NCBI GenBank assembly: GCA_020536535.1
Contig: JAHLWZ010000424.1
Span: 1-64,000 of the forward strand
Length of the DNA: 64,000 nt
Direction: 5' to 3'
Source of the DNA: Pelomyxa schiedti
Taxonomy: Eukaryota; Protista; Evosea
The notes beneath the pieces are model-generated. The model searched no databases. It was not told the DNA's origin and saw only the letters and a list, made by a program, of their open reading frames with translations. The first letter of the stretch is position 1, and each line of letters starts with the position of its first letter. A program made the translations under genes and the position numbers. Below, one piece after another: positions 13,391 through 25,900 of the stretch.

Positions 13391-14728
13391 TTACAAGAGA
13401 CCGCCAGAGTTCGAGTTTTGTAGTGATGAAGAGGAAGAAGAGGTACTTGGACCCGAGGTGACTTGGGCATAGTACTCCACATCAGGCTTCATGTCACTGG
13501 TACCAACGCCATTGATGAAGAACAAGTGGCTGCGGGAGTTCGGGTTGGTCTCGAACAGAACGAACCTGGAGCCGACTTGGTATCCCCCCTTGAGCTGGGC
13601 CAGCTGCCCATACACAGTATCCACGACGGTTCTGTTGACATGCACCGCGTAGTCGGGCCGCGTGAGCGAGTTGATGGAGTCCGAGAGTGACAGAGCGAAG
13701 AACATGTGGTTCATGGTGGTGAGGGAGTTGACGCGGTTGACGTAGTACACGAGCACGCCGAGGAGCGAGACGAACGTGGGGTGGTCGAGCACCGGGTCCC
13801 CGAGTAGGTTCACGGCCGCGTTGTCGGGGTCCCCGTGGACCACGTGGTTGATTTCCTGCACAAAGTACCGCAGCAGCACCTCGGGAACGAGGTTGAAAGA
13901 GCTAGGCAGAGGAATCTAAATGTGGATATAAGTCAAGAGACATGGATATTAACAAAAAAGAATGGAAAAAAGTAAGGTACCAGCACTTGAGAATGGGTAA
14001 AATGGGTAAAACAAAAAAAAAAAAAAAGGGGGGGGGGGGGGGGGGGGGGGGGTGAACGAATCGGGGAGTGGTAATGTAAATTGGTATTTGTGCATACGAT
14101 TTCTTCCTTAAATCGTTTGTAGGACGTAACAAAATCGGGCTCCTTGGTCTNNNNNNNNNNNNNNNNNNNNNNNNNNNNNNNNNNNNNNNNNNNNNNNNNN
14201 NNNNNNNNNNNNNNNNNNNNNNNNNNNNNNNNNNNNNNNNNNNNNNNNNNAGATTCCTCTGCCTAGCTCTTTCAACCTCGTTCCCGAGGTGCTGCTGCGG
14301 TACTTTGTGCAGGAAATCAACCACGTGGTCCACGGGGACCCCGACAACGCGGCCGTGAACCTACTCGGGGAGTGGTAATGTAAATTGGTATTTGTGCATA
14401 CGATTTCTTCCTTAAATCGTTTGTAGGACGTAACAAAATCGGGCTCCTTGGTCTCTGCGCAGTTCATGATGAACTTGTTGATGTCGTCGTAGGTTGCGTT
14501 CCACGCAGCCACGTAAGTTGGCTTTGGCGCCCCGGTGAGCATCATGCACGAGTGCTGCATTTTCTTCAAATACACACTCATGGGATCGTTTGCTGCCGCC
14601 GTCGTCGGTGTCCTTCGCACTGCTGCTGCCGTCGTCGTAGCCGTTGTCGGTGAGGCCGTAGTCGACGGCGTCGACGCTGACGCCGCGCAACTACCGCCGC
14701 CGCCACTGCCGCCATTGTGGGATTCCGC

Positions 14729-14775
<47 letters not shown>

Positions 14776-14965
14776 CATGTTCATGTACGCAACACCGATT
14801 GGGGGTAGCAAGCGTAGCGTCGGTCGTAGTCGTGGTCGCCGCCACGCCAACGCTTGGCATCGGCGTTGCCCTTGCGTGGCAATATTCACGCGTGGACTGA
14901 CAAAAGTTGTGCAAGGCCATGAACTTGTTCATGGTGTAGCGTTGCATGTTCATCTGCTGTGTCAT
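13391..14965 (-). CDS. Hypothetical protein with poly-Q and Thr/Ala-rich tract, interrupted by an assembly gap
   Basis: Two long ORFs with GC-rich codon usage on either side of the gap and a poly-C/poly-T intron; no recognisable motif. Confidence 0.6.
14061..14453. other. Assembly gap (N 14151-14250) with duplicated and inverted flanking sequence
   Basis: 14061-14150 is repeated at about 14365-14454; 14251-14370 is the reverse complement of about 13798-13917. Confidence 0.9.
14729..14775. repeat. (TTG)n microsatellite encoding poly-Gln on the minus strand
   Basis: Directly visible tandem TTG run. Confidence 0.95.
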
Positions 14966-15062
14966 TCTCTCTCGCGCACTGTTAACTTCTTACTATTTTC
15001 TCCTTTATTCAGAATACTGGATTCGGCGAAACATCACACAGAAGGCTCAAAAAGTCGAAAGC

Positions 15063-15723
15063 ATGTCCAGTTGTGGCCGGGCGAGGAGATCTGTGGTTCT
15101 CGGGGTAGATGGTGGGGGAACGACAACCAGGACGATTGTTGTTGATGCCAGTGACCCCAGGTCGGTCACGTCTGCTGCCACAGCCACTGTTCTCGGTAAC
15201 TTTTTGCGTTCGTCGTTTCTTTCCTTTTTTTTTCCTCCCCCATCGTAATAGCTCCAACACCTTCTCTTATCTTTGTCAATTCATTTAGTGAGTAGGGGAG
15301 GAAATCTTTACGGGGGCTTCAAATCCGAATAGCGTTGGGGAAGAAAAAGCACGTGGAATTATTCAAACTGGTATCCAAAAGGCACTTGCCTCTGCCGGTT
15401 GCACTCCTGATGAAGGTACGTACCATATGTTTTATTCTCATTTGTGTGCTTAACAATGCTAAATAATTCTTCGGCAGTTGTTGGTATCTGCCTAGGGATG
15501 AGTGGCGTAGATCGCCCAGAGGACAAGGTTTTGGTTAGGGGATGGGTCAGTGAATGCCTTGGTGCAATGGATAATGTGATTATCAACAATGACGCTTCTG
15601 TTGCCCTTGCCAATGCAACTGGTGGGATTCTGAATGGAGTTGTTGTCATCAGCGGAACCGGAACGATTGCCTATGGCTGGGATTCTGCAACAGGAAAGAG
15701 TTGCCGTGCCGCTGGATGGGGGT

Positions 15724-15775
<52 letters not shown>

Positions 15776-16435
15776 AATTTCTCACTTTTCAAGACCACTT
15801 CTAGGTGACGAAGGCAGTGGCCACGATGTAGGCTCTCTGATACTGCGCGCTGTCACATCTGCAGAGGCACTCTCATTTATTTGTTTCATTGGTTAATTTA
15901 ATGAATTTTATCCAGGATGGGAGAGGACCTAGTACTTTGCTTCATCAAGCTGTATTAACAAGATTAGAGGTACCATCATAAAACAACAGTGCCCTTGCAT
16001 TAACTTTAAACAACAAGCTCAGGCAAGCTACGGATTTAATTCCTTGGGCCTACAAGTCAGATGATAGCTGGGCAAGAATTGCTGACTTGGCAATTCTAGC
16101 TGTTGAATGTGCAGAAAAAGGAGATGCTGTTGCACGCTCCATTCTGGAGCATGCCGCAAAAAAGCTCCAGGCATTCCGCAAAAACCAATCATGGTTTGAC
16201 TAAAACACCACAGAACACTGTCTTGACTGTCATTAACAAACTTGGGCTGGAGCACACAGCCGCTATACCTATTGTGTTCGCAGGCAGCTTAATTGCTAAG
16301 GACACCTTAGTAACCAAACTCCTGAAAGAAGGACTGTTGGCTGAACTCCCCAATGCCAATATTCAGATACCAAAAAATAGTGCCACAATAGGTGCTGCCA
16401 TGATGGCCATCAGGCAGTATGAGAAAAAAGTGTAA
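15063..16435 (+). CDS. NAGK: N-acetylglucosamine kinase (BadF/BadG/BcrA/BcrD ATPase family)
   Basis: LGVDGGGTTT, SNPNSVG, LGMSGVDR, NDASVAL, ISGTGTIAYG, RAAGWGPLLGDEGSG, DGRG motifs across exons. Confidence 0.88.
15726..15772. repeat. (CT)n microsatellite inside a NAGK intron
   Basis: Direct dinucleotide run. Confidence 0.95.
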
Positions 16436-16539
16436 AGAAAAGCACTTGTTTTTTGGAACACATTTTTTTGAGTTTGTCAAGAAAATACACTCCACCACGA
16501 GTGTTGTCTATCAACTTCATCGGCTGCATTGGTGTAAGT

Positions 16540-17490
16540 TTAACAATATTGGTTGAGTTGAATAATACCAAGTGAGGTCAGTAAGGTAGGCACATCTTTC
16601 AAAGACTCCTCTGTGACTGTAATTGGTGAAGTGGCTACTGAGGGGATCCTGCAAGGGTTGGCCAGCTTCATTGAAATTGGTGTAGTATCTGTTGGGAATG
16701 CACATGTGGTCCCAGGTGCGCATTGATGAACTGCACCAAGGAACGTGCCACACTGAAGGAACAAACCAGGTTGCCCACGCAAACAAGCATAACCAATGTG
16801 TCCACGACATATACGCAAGATAGCCCGAGCTGGAACACATTAAGGTAAAGAAGAACGCATAGAAGACATACTTGTAGTGTTTTCTTCCAGACATGGGAAA
16901 GCCGCTCCGAAATCCAGTGCTATGCACGTTGTTCCTACGGGACATTTCCTTACGGAAGCCTCACTGTCCACACACTGCACATAGCGCGAGGTATCACCCC
17001 CAAAGCAAGAGTATCCAAATGATAGGCCCAGAAGTCGAGTGTTCTCTTCACACATTGCCGTAATATTCTCTGTTCCAGGTGGTGGTAACTCGGGCAGTGC
17101 TGTTTTCAAACACAATTAATTGGAAGTGTAGAGGAAGCGATAACGTACAAGGAACGATGGCATTGCAAGGTCCCGTCTCAGATGGAGCCATAAGTCCACA
17201 CAGTGTCCCCAGTGGGCACTGTTGTACAGAATGAACCAACTCAGCCATATGACAGTCAATGTAAACACGCGACGTAGGTCCCTCAGGGCATACAAATATG
17301 TGCAAATTAGGATCAAACGAGTTGCATAGAGCCAGTGTGTCGTTGAATGTGTACATAGTGAGGGCATCTTGGCCTAAAAAGGGGGGAAAAAACCCAAGTC
17401 CGTTAAATGGCCACTCGTAATCACTACGGCAGTAATACCTAGAGTCAATGACATGAAGATAGCAAAAACAAGTGCGTATAACGCTGCCAT
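16540..17490 (-). CDS. Secreted cysteine-rich protein with three repeats (possible CBM19-like chitin-binding modules)
   Basis: Signal-like MAALYALVFAIFMSLTLG; three units ending QCPLGTLC, KCPVGTTC and QCAPGTTC, each followed by PC. Confidence 0.6.
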
Positions 17491-17973
17491 ATTCACGGTG
17501 TTGCAGGTGTGAAAAAGTCACAGTGTATAACAACAATAAGATCTTGCTGCAAACGACAATATTCATTCTTTTACTGTTGACGACACCAACTTATGATGAA
17601 CGTCCCACTGGGAGCCATTTTTTTCCCGTTCTAATGAAAAGTGTTGGTGAATCTGAAGGCCTGAGAAGCAATATGTCCGGGGAGTGATGCCAAACGCGTC
17701 ACCCCACGTACGAGACACAATGTTGGGCTACATCCATTTCGATCAGATCTGGTAGCGGATTGGATTCCTTCTGGAACAAGAACGGAAACTGAGCACTTTT
17801 TAGCACCGGCGAAAACAAACAACAAACAACAAACAAAAAAGAAAAAGGAAACAAACCGCAGTACAACTAACAAGCAACAAGACAAGCACAAAGTAAAGCA
17901 ACAAAGGAACAAAGCGACAAGCAAAAATAATAAACAAAGCAAAGTAGATCTAAAACCAGAAAGGCAGACAAGG

Positions 17974-19596
17974 ATGGACAAGACAACGACAAGCGCGGAC
18001 ATGGATCCGGAAGTAAGGCAGTTCTTGATTCGCAAACAAGTGAAAGCGCTATCCGAGGCGCGAGGGAACGGCACCAGCATGATCTCACTTATGATCCCGC
18101 CCCGCGACAAGGTCTCTGTGGTGAACAAAATGCTCGTGGAGGAGATGGGCACCGCGTCGTGCATCAAATCTCGTGTCAACCGTTTGAGTGTGCAATCAGC
18201 CATCACTTCGACCCAAAATCGCCTCAAGGTTTGCGGTTTTCTTTCTCCCCACTTTGCATCACCTCACAAATTGTACAGCTGTATAATAGGATACCCAAAA
18301 ATGGATTGGTGATTTACTGTGGCAACGTGGTGACTGATCAAACCAAGGAGCGCCAGCTCACGATCGACTTTGAGCCGTTCAAGCCCATTCATCGTTTCAT
18401 GTACCTCTGTGACAGCAGGTTCCACACAGAACCGCTGAAGGAATTGCTGGAGTGTTCTGAGAAGTTTGGTTTCATAATTGTTGACGGAAGTGGTGCTCTG
18501 TTTGGGTATCTCAGCAAAAACTCATAAACAAGGCTCTAACACTCTTTTGCAGAACTGTCTCTGGAAGCACAAGGGAAATTTTACACAAGTTTGCAGTCGA
18601 CCTTCCCAAGAAGCATGGCCGGGGAGGGCAGTCTGCTTTGCGCTTTGCTCGTTTACGTTTGGAGAAGAGGCACAACTTTCTTCGCAGGGTCGCGGAAGTG
18701 GCAACGCAAGTCTTCATCACAAATGACATGGTAGAGCTTCCCTCCAATAGTTTTAGCTTTTCATTTCGATTAATACCCCGTAGCCTAATGTCTCTGGGCT
18801 TATCCTTGCTGGGCTTGCCGACTTCAAGAACGACCTATCAGCGTCTGATTTGTTTGACCCAAGGCTGAAGGCTGTTGTTCTAAAGATAGTTGATATCTGC
18901 TATGGTGGTGAGAGTGGGTTCAACCAAGCCATCGACCTCTCCGCCGACGCCCTTGGTGATGTCAAGCTCGTTCAAGAAAAGAAGAAGCTCTCTACATTCT
19001 TTGAGCATGTTGCCACCGACACGGGCCGCTACTCTTTTGGCATTGTTGACACCCTCCAAGCTTGTGAAATGGGTGCAGCAGAGAAACTTCTGGTGTGGGA
19101 AAATTTGGACTTGACTCGCTACACACTGGTCGACCCTACAACGGGGGAAGAACAAGTCCGCATTCTAAGTCCGACCCAGGTCACCGAATCTGCCAGTTTT
19201 GTAGACCAAAAAACGGGGCATGAATTAGAAGTCCTTTCTACCGAGTCTTTTGTGGAGTGGCTCACACAAACTTATAAGAAGTTTGGTGCTACCTTAGAGT
19301 TCATCACAAATAAGGTATGTTCGCCATAGAACACGGCACACAACATAAATAAAACTATCAACGCACTGCTATCTTGCTTTACTACTTTGACTTACACTTT
19401 TTTCTAGTCAGAGGAAGGCCTACAATTTGTTAGAGGGTTTGGAGGAATTGGGGCCATACTCCGTTACAGAGTTGACTTCCTATCACTCTCTGGAGAGGAG
19501 GGAGACGCCATCCCAGAGGGCAAGAATTCTGACGATCTTGATGACGACGATGATGACATTGACGATGAATACTTCGACATGGAACACCCGTTTTGA
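17974..19596 (+). CDS. eRF1: Eukaryotic peptide chain release factor 1 (variant CIKS motif)
   Basis: [59 protein letters not shown]; four introns; acidic tail. Confidence 0.96.
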
Positions 19597-19975
19597 CTGA
19601 CCGGTTCAAATGGTGTTGCCGCCGCTTCGGTCGGGGTATCTTTCCCTCTCTTCACTTTGAGTCCTAATGTTTCTTTTCCAGGCCAGCCCTCGTGCTGCTG
19701 TTCGTACAGCCCCTGCCCCATCTCCTTTGCGCAAGTGGTAAACAATTCCACCAACTAACTCAAGTGAGTAGTACCCTTTGCTCTTTTTCACATTACCAAC
19801 AAATCAACTAGGTTCCCATTTACATTGTTCCCAATAAATTACTTCCGTTCTAATGTGGGACAATAATAAACAAATTTCTTTGAAACTCAAGTTTCTTTCT
19901 TGGTCTTTATTCCTTTCAAAAACGGGTGTTTTCGCACCCTACAAGTGAGTTGTGGGCAAAGTAGTTAGTTTAGTG

Positions 19976-22900
19976 TTACAGAGTGTCATCCTCATCACTA
20001 GTGTCTTCATTTTCGTCAGAGGATGACGAGGGGGTGGTGGGTTTGAGCTTGGTTTGTGTGTTGGTGTTAGTGGTTGTGGGTTTGGTGGTAGTAGTAGGTT
20101 TTTGTGGAGCTGTTGGTTTCTCAGTTTTTGCGTCGGCGTCGGTCTTTTTGCCCCTTCTTAGAGAGGGGAATTTTGACTTGGTTTTTGGCTCTTTGCTTGG
20201 CTTGCCGTCCTTGTTTGGCACCCCCAGAGCCTGGGCAACAATGCTGCCGCTTCCCCTGAGGAGGTCGTTGCTAAACAGTTCATCGCGGGGAACTGGAGCA
20301 GAAGCACGTGGATTCGTGACAACCACGTTCGGTTTTGGGTCCGTGCTGCTGGTATTATCGGGGGGGGCGGATGATTTGCGTTCGGGAGAAGGGGAAGTAC
20401 TGGTTCTATCAAGTACTTTGTGAGTGACGGGTGGTGTTTGGGGATTCGGTTTTACTGCAATCTTCCAACCAGGTTTAATAACTGCTTTGTTGACTATCTG
20501 GGCAAACGACGCGTCAGGAACGGGAGTGGCAATAGGAGCAGTGATCTTTCCGACTACCCGAGAGAGAGCCTCGTGAGTGCTATGGGTTGATGTTGCCGGT
20601 TTTGGTTGGGCTTCGACATTTGTATTTGGAAGTGCCTGCCTTTCTTTTCCTGTCTCTTCATCTTTCTTTCCTTCTTCCTCCCCTTCCTCGTCCTCTTCTG
20701 CCTGTTCTTCTCCTTCCTCTTCCTCCTCATCCCCTTCCTCTTCCTCTTCTTCCTCCTTGGCTTTTGTTTTCCCCTCTCCTGCAGCAGCCTTGCTGGAATT
20801 GGCACACTCATCTTTGTCGCCCGCGTCTTCTTGTGCCTCTTCAGATTCATCATCGCTGTCAGATTCTTCGTAGTAATCATCATCCACGTCCCAGTCATCT
20901 TCCTCCTCACTGCTACTTGACTCTTCGTCTTCAATATTATTCAGAGTTTGCTCTTGTATTTCACTGGGGCCAAATTAGAGAATACCAAAGTCACACGATT
21001 ATTTACCTGACAAGTCCCACATATTGTATGAACTCCGTGTTTGTCGCCTCTCCAGAGTCGTGTATTACAATGTGAAGTAGAACTTCTTTTACATCGCCAC
21101 AACAGTGTAAAGCTTGGATTGGAATGGGAGAATCTGTACTGGCTGCTTCATTAGTTGTCCAGATGTAAATACCAGGAAGATGCAAGACTTTGCACAAGGC
21201 ATCAACAACACCAACCAGCCGAGAGACATTGGAATTGGGAATGATGTTAAGCATAGGTTTGTTGTGCCAACTGAAGAAGCCTTCCACGTACGTGCAAAAC
21301 ACATCCTGTAAAATACACCACTCTTCAATCACTTGTTCGTATGGCTCAATATCTGTCTGATACAATTCATGAAGAGCTTTGGATGAGTCTAAGCTTTCTG
21401 GGATGCGGGAGAGAAGGTCTTTGGGGGAGTCAAGTTCACCAAGATTTTCTCCTTTAATAAACCCCTTTGCTTGTGTCTTGAAAGCATCCCATGCATTCAA
21501 ATAGTTTTTCCTTGCTTTTCTGACTTGTGACCAGTGTGGAAGTAATTTACAGCTCCCTGGATGGAATAGAGCCGCGGATTTTATCTCGAGGGAAACAATT
21601 TTTCGTAAATCCAAATCGCCACACTGCGATAGTAGTGAAAAGAGTGCTTTATCTCGGACATCCCCTTGCTCAATGAAGGTATGCGGAGAAGAGCCTTTCG
21701 CACTGTGAAATCCGAAGTCCAACCCCTGGTAGTGAGCAACATGTGTCAGTTCAGTTTTCGTACTAGAAGCTTCAAGTTGTGCCCCCTGCTGTTTCAAGAA
21801 AAGTTTATTGATAGGGCTCAACCCATGTGAACTTAAGAACATGGCACCGGCGGTCATCACTGGTATAGATCCAGTGGTAATGGGAACTCGTTTGGTTAAA
21901 GACACTTTATAAACGCCGCGGAATAACTTGACTGAAAACCAATAAAAGCAACAATCTGTTGCCACTACTACGATCTCACCTTGGGCAACATGTCCATTGA
22001 AGTCATCAGGGAATTGAATATGTGCAATAAACTCTCTGTTTATAACATCAAAAATCGAGAGCACGTTATCTGCACACTCAAATACAATCAAGCGACCTTG
22101 AATGCAACTGTAATCCAAAAAGGGTTCAGATAACGTGAAAGTACTAGATTTAGAGAGTTCAAGGGGTAACTCTCCTTTACATTCTTGTATGAAAAACTCT
22201 TTCGAAGAGACAAATATGATAAGATCTCCAGTTGGGGAAAAAATTAGGTCACGGCAATCGCGATAACTTCGTAGAGTCCTCCTTTCCACCAAGTCAACTA
22301 CTTGCATAAATCTTTCTTTACGTGAATTGTCCAGAGTCAAGACATTCATCAATTTGTTGTCCATAGAAAAGTAACCTACAGTCACAGTTTTCTTTGGTGC
22401 CTCCTCAGGGAGCTTGAATCTGCAAATGCTTCCAGCTTTGGGATCAAGTATTCCAATTGCCGCCCCGTCACTTTCCACTACAACAGCCAACTGTGCGTCC
22501 CGAGTAAACTTGAAGGATCCTCTGATCTGCTTTGGATACTGAAGGGGTGGTAGTTTTTCTCCTGTTTTAGTGTCCCACCTTTGCAGTATAGTGGGAGAAT
22601 TTGGATTGACAGACGGGGCACTTTGCTCCCCTTCAACTTTTACCTTCTTGAAATGAGCAGCCAGTACAGAACCATCTGGAGTCAAGAACGATGCCATGTT
22701 CATTGCAGTGGTAATTGTTGTTGAGAACAGGAACTCTTTTGTTTCTGTGTCCCAATATGAGATGACTTCAACGTTTTTATTTTTTAAAGACCAGCCATGG
22801 CTGATCATTCTCGAGCCATCAGGGGAAATAACACCCCCAAGTCCCATATGAGGATGTGGCACAGTGGATTGCCGCGGGGATTTGAAATTGATGTCTTTCA

Positions 22901-25900
22901 ACAGTACAGATTTTCCATGAGCCACAGCAAGTGTCTTGTTGTCAATGGCTAAGGAACCAGCTTTTTCATCAAACGGTGAAGTCCACAACATTTTACCACT
23001 TGCAATATCCCATGCGCTAAAGCTTCTACTAGTGTACGAAATCAGTAGACTTGAATCGTGGGAAAATGTGACATCATGAAGCCTGTCCTTGCTATGACCT
23101 TTCAGCACCCGAATACTACTGTTATCTAGGTCAAAAAGGTATACAGCACCGTTTTTCAGACCCAAAGCAAGGAAGCTATTTTTGCCTGATGAACAAGTTA
23201 TAGTGTCTTCGCATGTTTTCTCAAGATTTTTTTTGCCAGATTCGTAGTCATAGAGGTGAACTGTTTTGTCCAACACAGAGACAAAGTATTTAATGGATGG
23301 TGGCTCAAAATCATCTCCGGTAACACATTCAAAAACACAAGCTTTTTGCCAGTTGGAGGTTCTCCAAACAGTCACAGTGCTCTTTGCTTTGATGGCAAAA
23401 AACTTGGAATCACTTGAGAAACAGTATTTGCTCTTCTTTGGCAGAGTTTCTTTAAGATATTCAACGCCTGTTACAGCATCAATCACATAAACATTTGTAC
23501 TACTTTGCAGTGTAAGGAAGTTCGCTGAGAAGGTGACCAACTCTACCACAACTTCCCTCTTCAAAATCTCAGTGTGTGTGGCAACGTCAAAGACCTGAAC
23601 AAAATCTGCACCCACTCCTAATAAAAACTTGCTATCGGGTGAGAAATGGCCCAGCTCATAAGGTGGCTTTGATTTAGCCAAAACTTTTGTCTTAATCACC
23701 TGCTCACTTGAAGAAAAGTCAACAAGAACAAGCTCTTTTCCTGCAACACTGAGAAGGTTTTTCGTTTTAGCAAATTCACAGTCCTGAACTTCCCACTTAA
23801 ACTTAATTCCTGCTTGCCCAAAATTGACCCCAGCTAGGTTGCAGCCTGTAAAGTTTGAGTTGTGAAGCCAAGTCTGCTGCATGTCACAGCCATGGAGATC
23901 GGCATGATTAAAGTCACATTTGTCAAAAACTGCACAAGTCAGATCCGCCTCTGGGATGCATATACCAGCAAAGTCCCAACCCACGAACGTTTGGTTCGAC
24001 CGAGCGAGTACGGTCATGGCGTTACTTGCAGCAGTTGCTACATTAGGACCCCCAGTGGTTAGGGTGTGTCCCCTTTTCTTTGGTATTGGGGGCTGAGCAC
24101 ACAAATCTTGGAATGTGCCCAAAGTCCGTAATCTGGATTTTCTTATGAACATCACTAGGCCTTCGAAAAGTTGAGATGCCTTCTCTGCGTTCTCATTTGT
24201 GAGTATTTCTGAGAGGAATCTCACAACTTCAGGTTGAATTCGCAGAGGTTGAAGATTAAGAGGCTGGAGATGAGGTGGAGGAATGACAACGTGAGTGCGT
24301 CGTGCCTCCCGCTTCTGAAGAAATTCTCTCACACATAGTCTCATTTTCAGGAGAGAGAATAAAGGGAAAGTGCATTGCTTCTTGGCACTAAGGGCAGCTT
24401 CCTTAAGGCTGGGTGAAAGATTCAAGTTTGATATAGCTTGATGGCAGGCATCAATGAGAGTCTCACCTCGGTTTACAATTTGCAAGAACTCATCTACAAA
24501 GATTTTCTTCTGCCCAGCATTTAAAAATGGCTGAATCTTTTCCATTTCCAGTAATAACTGCTCCAAAAATTCCTGGATTTTTTTTTCTGGAGCCGCTCTG
24601 AGTGTGGCGCTTTGCCGAACTTCATAAAAGTTGGTGTATGGATGTTCAGCACAAAGAATAGCATCATAGCAGATTTTTTGGGCAATGAAATACTCCATGA
24701 TTGTTTTATGGATGAACATAAAGTTATTGCCCTTCTGTTGCAGAGGGCACCCAGCACGTACCAGTTCGATGCAGGGGTTGGTGCAGCTAAAGAAAATTTC
24801 CAGTGGATTGCTGACATCGAGTACATTCACCTTATTTTCATTTTGTCGCCACTTTGGTGTGTAGCGGACCATTGTGGAGCCTTGGCGTAGCATCATAAAA
24901 GCCAATTCCTGACTGAATGTCTTGTAATCTGAAACAATGTCTCCTTTGACCTATGCGAAATAAGACATTTTACTTTCAGGAACATGGATTGGAAATTCCA
25001 ACCTGGAAATTGAACATTACAGAGCCATCTGTCGCAGTCCTGCATGCCTGAAATCTTTCAGGTGTAATCTTAGCTTTTTCTCGCTGGAACCATTGGTCTG
25101 TAAATTTGTCATAGAGTTCCAACCGAGTCAAGGTTGGCTTCTTCTTAGTTTCCTCCCGTAGTTTTCTCTCCATTTCCTCGTGTTGATACTTCTCCACCAA
25201 TGTGGGAAGAATTTCCATAAATATTGTCAGCACAAACGGTGTCTTGAGCAGTTCTTTGACATCTTCCAATTCTTTCTTGTATTCATTATAGAGATCTGCA
25301 CACTGAGAACCAAGTGGGCCGCCATTTACTCGGTACTTTTCAACATAGTCCGCGATTTTTTTTTCATCAAAGGCTTCAATGTACCAGCATAAAACATCCT
25401 CGGTGGAGTCTTTGGTGCGTGAAAAGCTAAACTGGTCGAACCAGTCCGGCCCAATTGCCTCAGGTCTGCTGGTTACAAGTACTTGGGCATTCCATTTATT
25501 GAATTCATTTGTACGACAAAAATTGGCTCCACCCTCAAGGTTCACTTCATCAAATCCATCTAAAATGAGTAGGAGTCGATGCCTCTCGTTCTTAAGCTGC
25601 TCAATGTTCTCCATGGTAAAACCTTGGTCGAATAGATACTTCTCAATCAATTTTTTTCTGGCATCTTTGATGGCTGGAAGTGAGATAAATACAGGGGTAA
25701 CCTGTATAGGGAGATGGAATAAGTGCTAAATTGCCACAGGAGAGGGGTTTACATGCAAGTCATCAAATTGTTCCCATAAAATCTTCTCCAAGCAGCGGCC
25801 GAATAGTGACTTACCAGTGCCAGCACAACCAAGAAGTAGCATTGTCTGTGGCATAGGGCTATCTTCTTCTGCATTGAAGGAGACCGACTTTAGTCCTGAA

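Noticed and set aside
17974-19596. Stop-codon reassignment implied by the eRF1 variant
   Set aside because: Genes end in TGA (Rab, eRF1), TAG (Roco, PP2C) and TAA (NAGK), and long exons contain no in-frame stops; apparent stops fall in introns.
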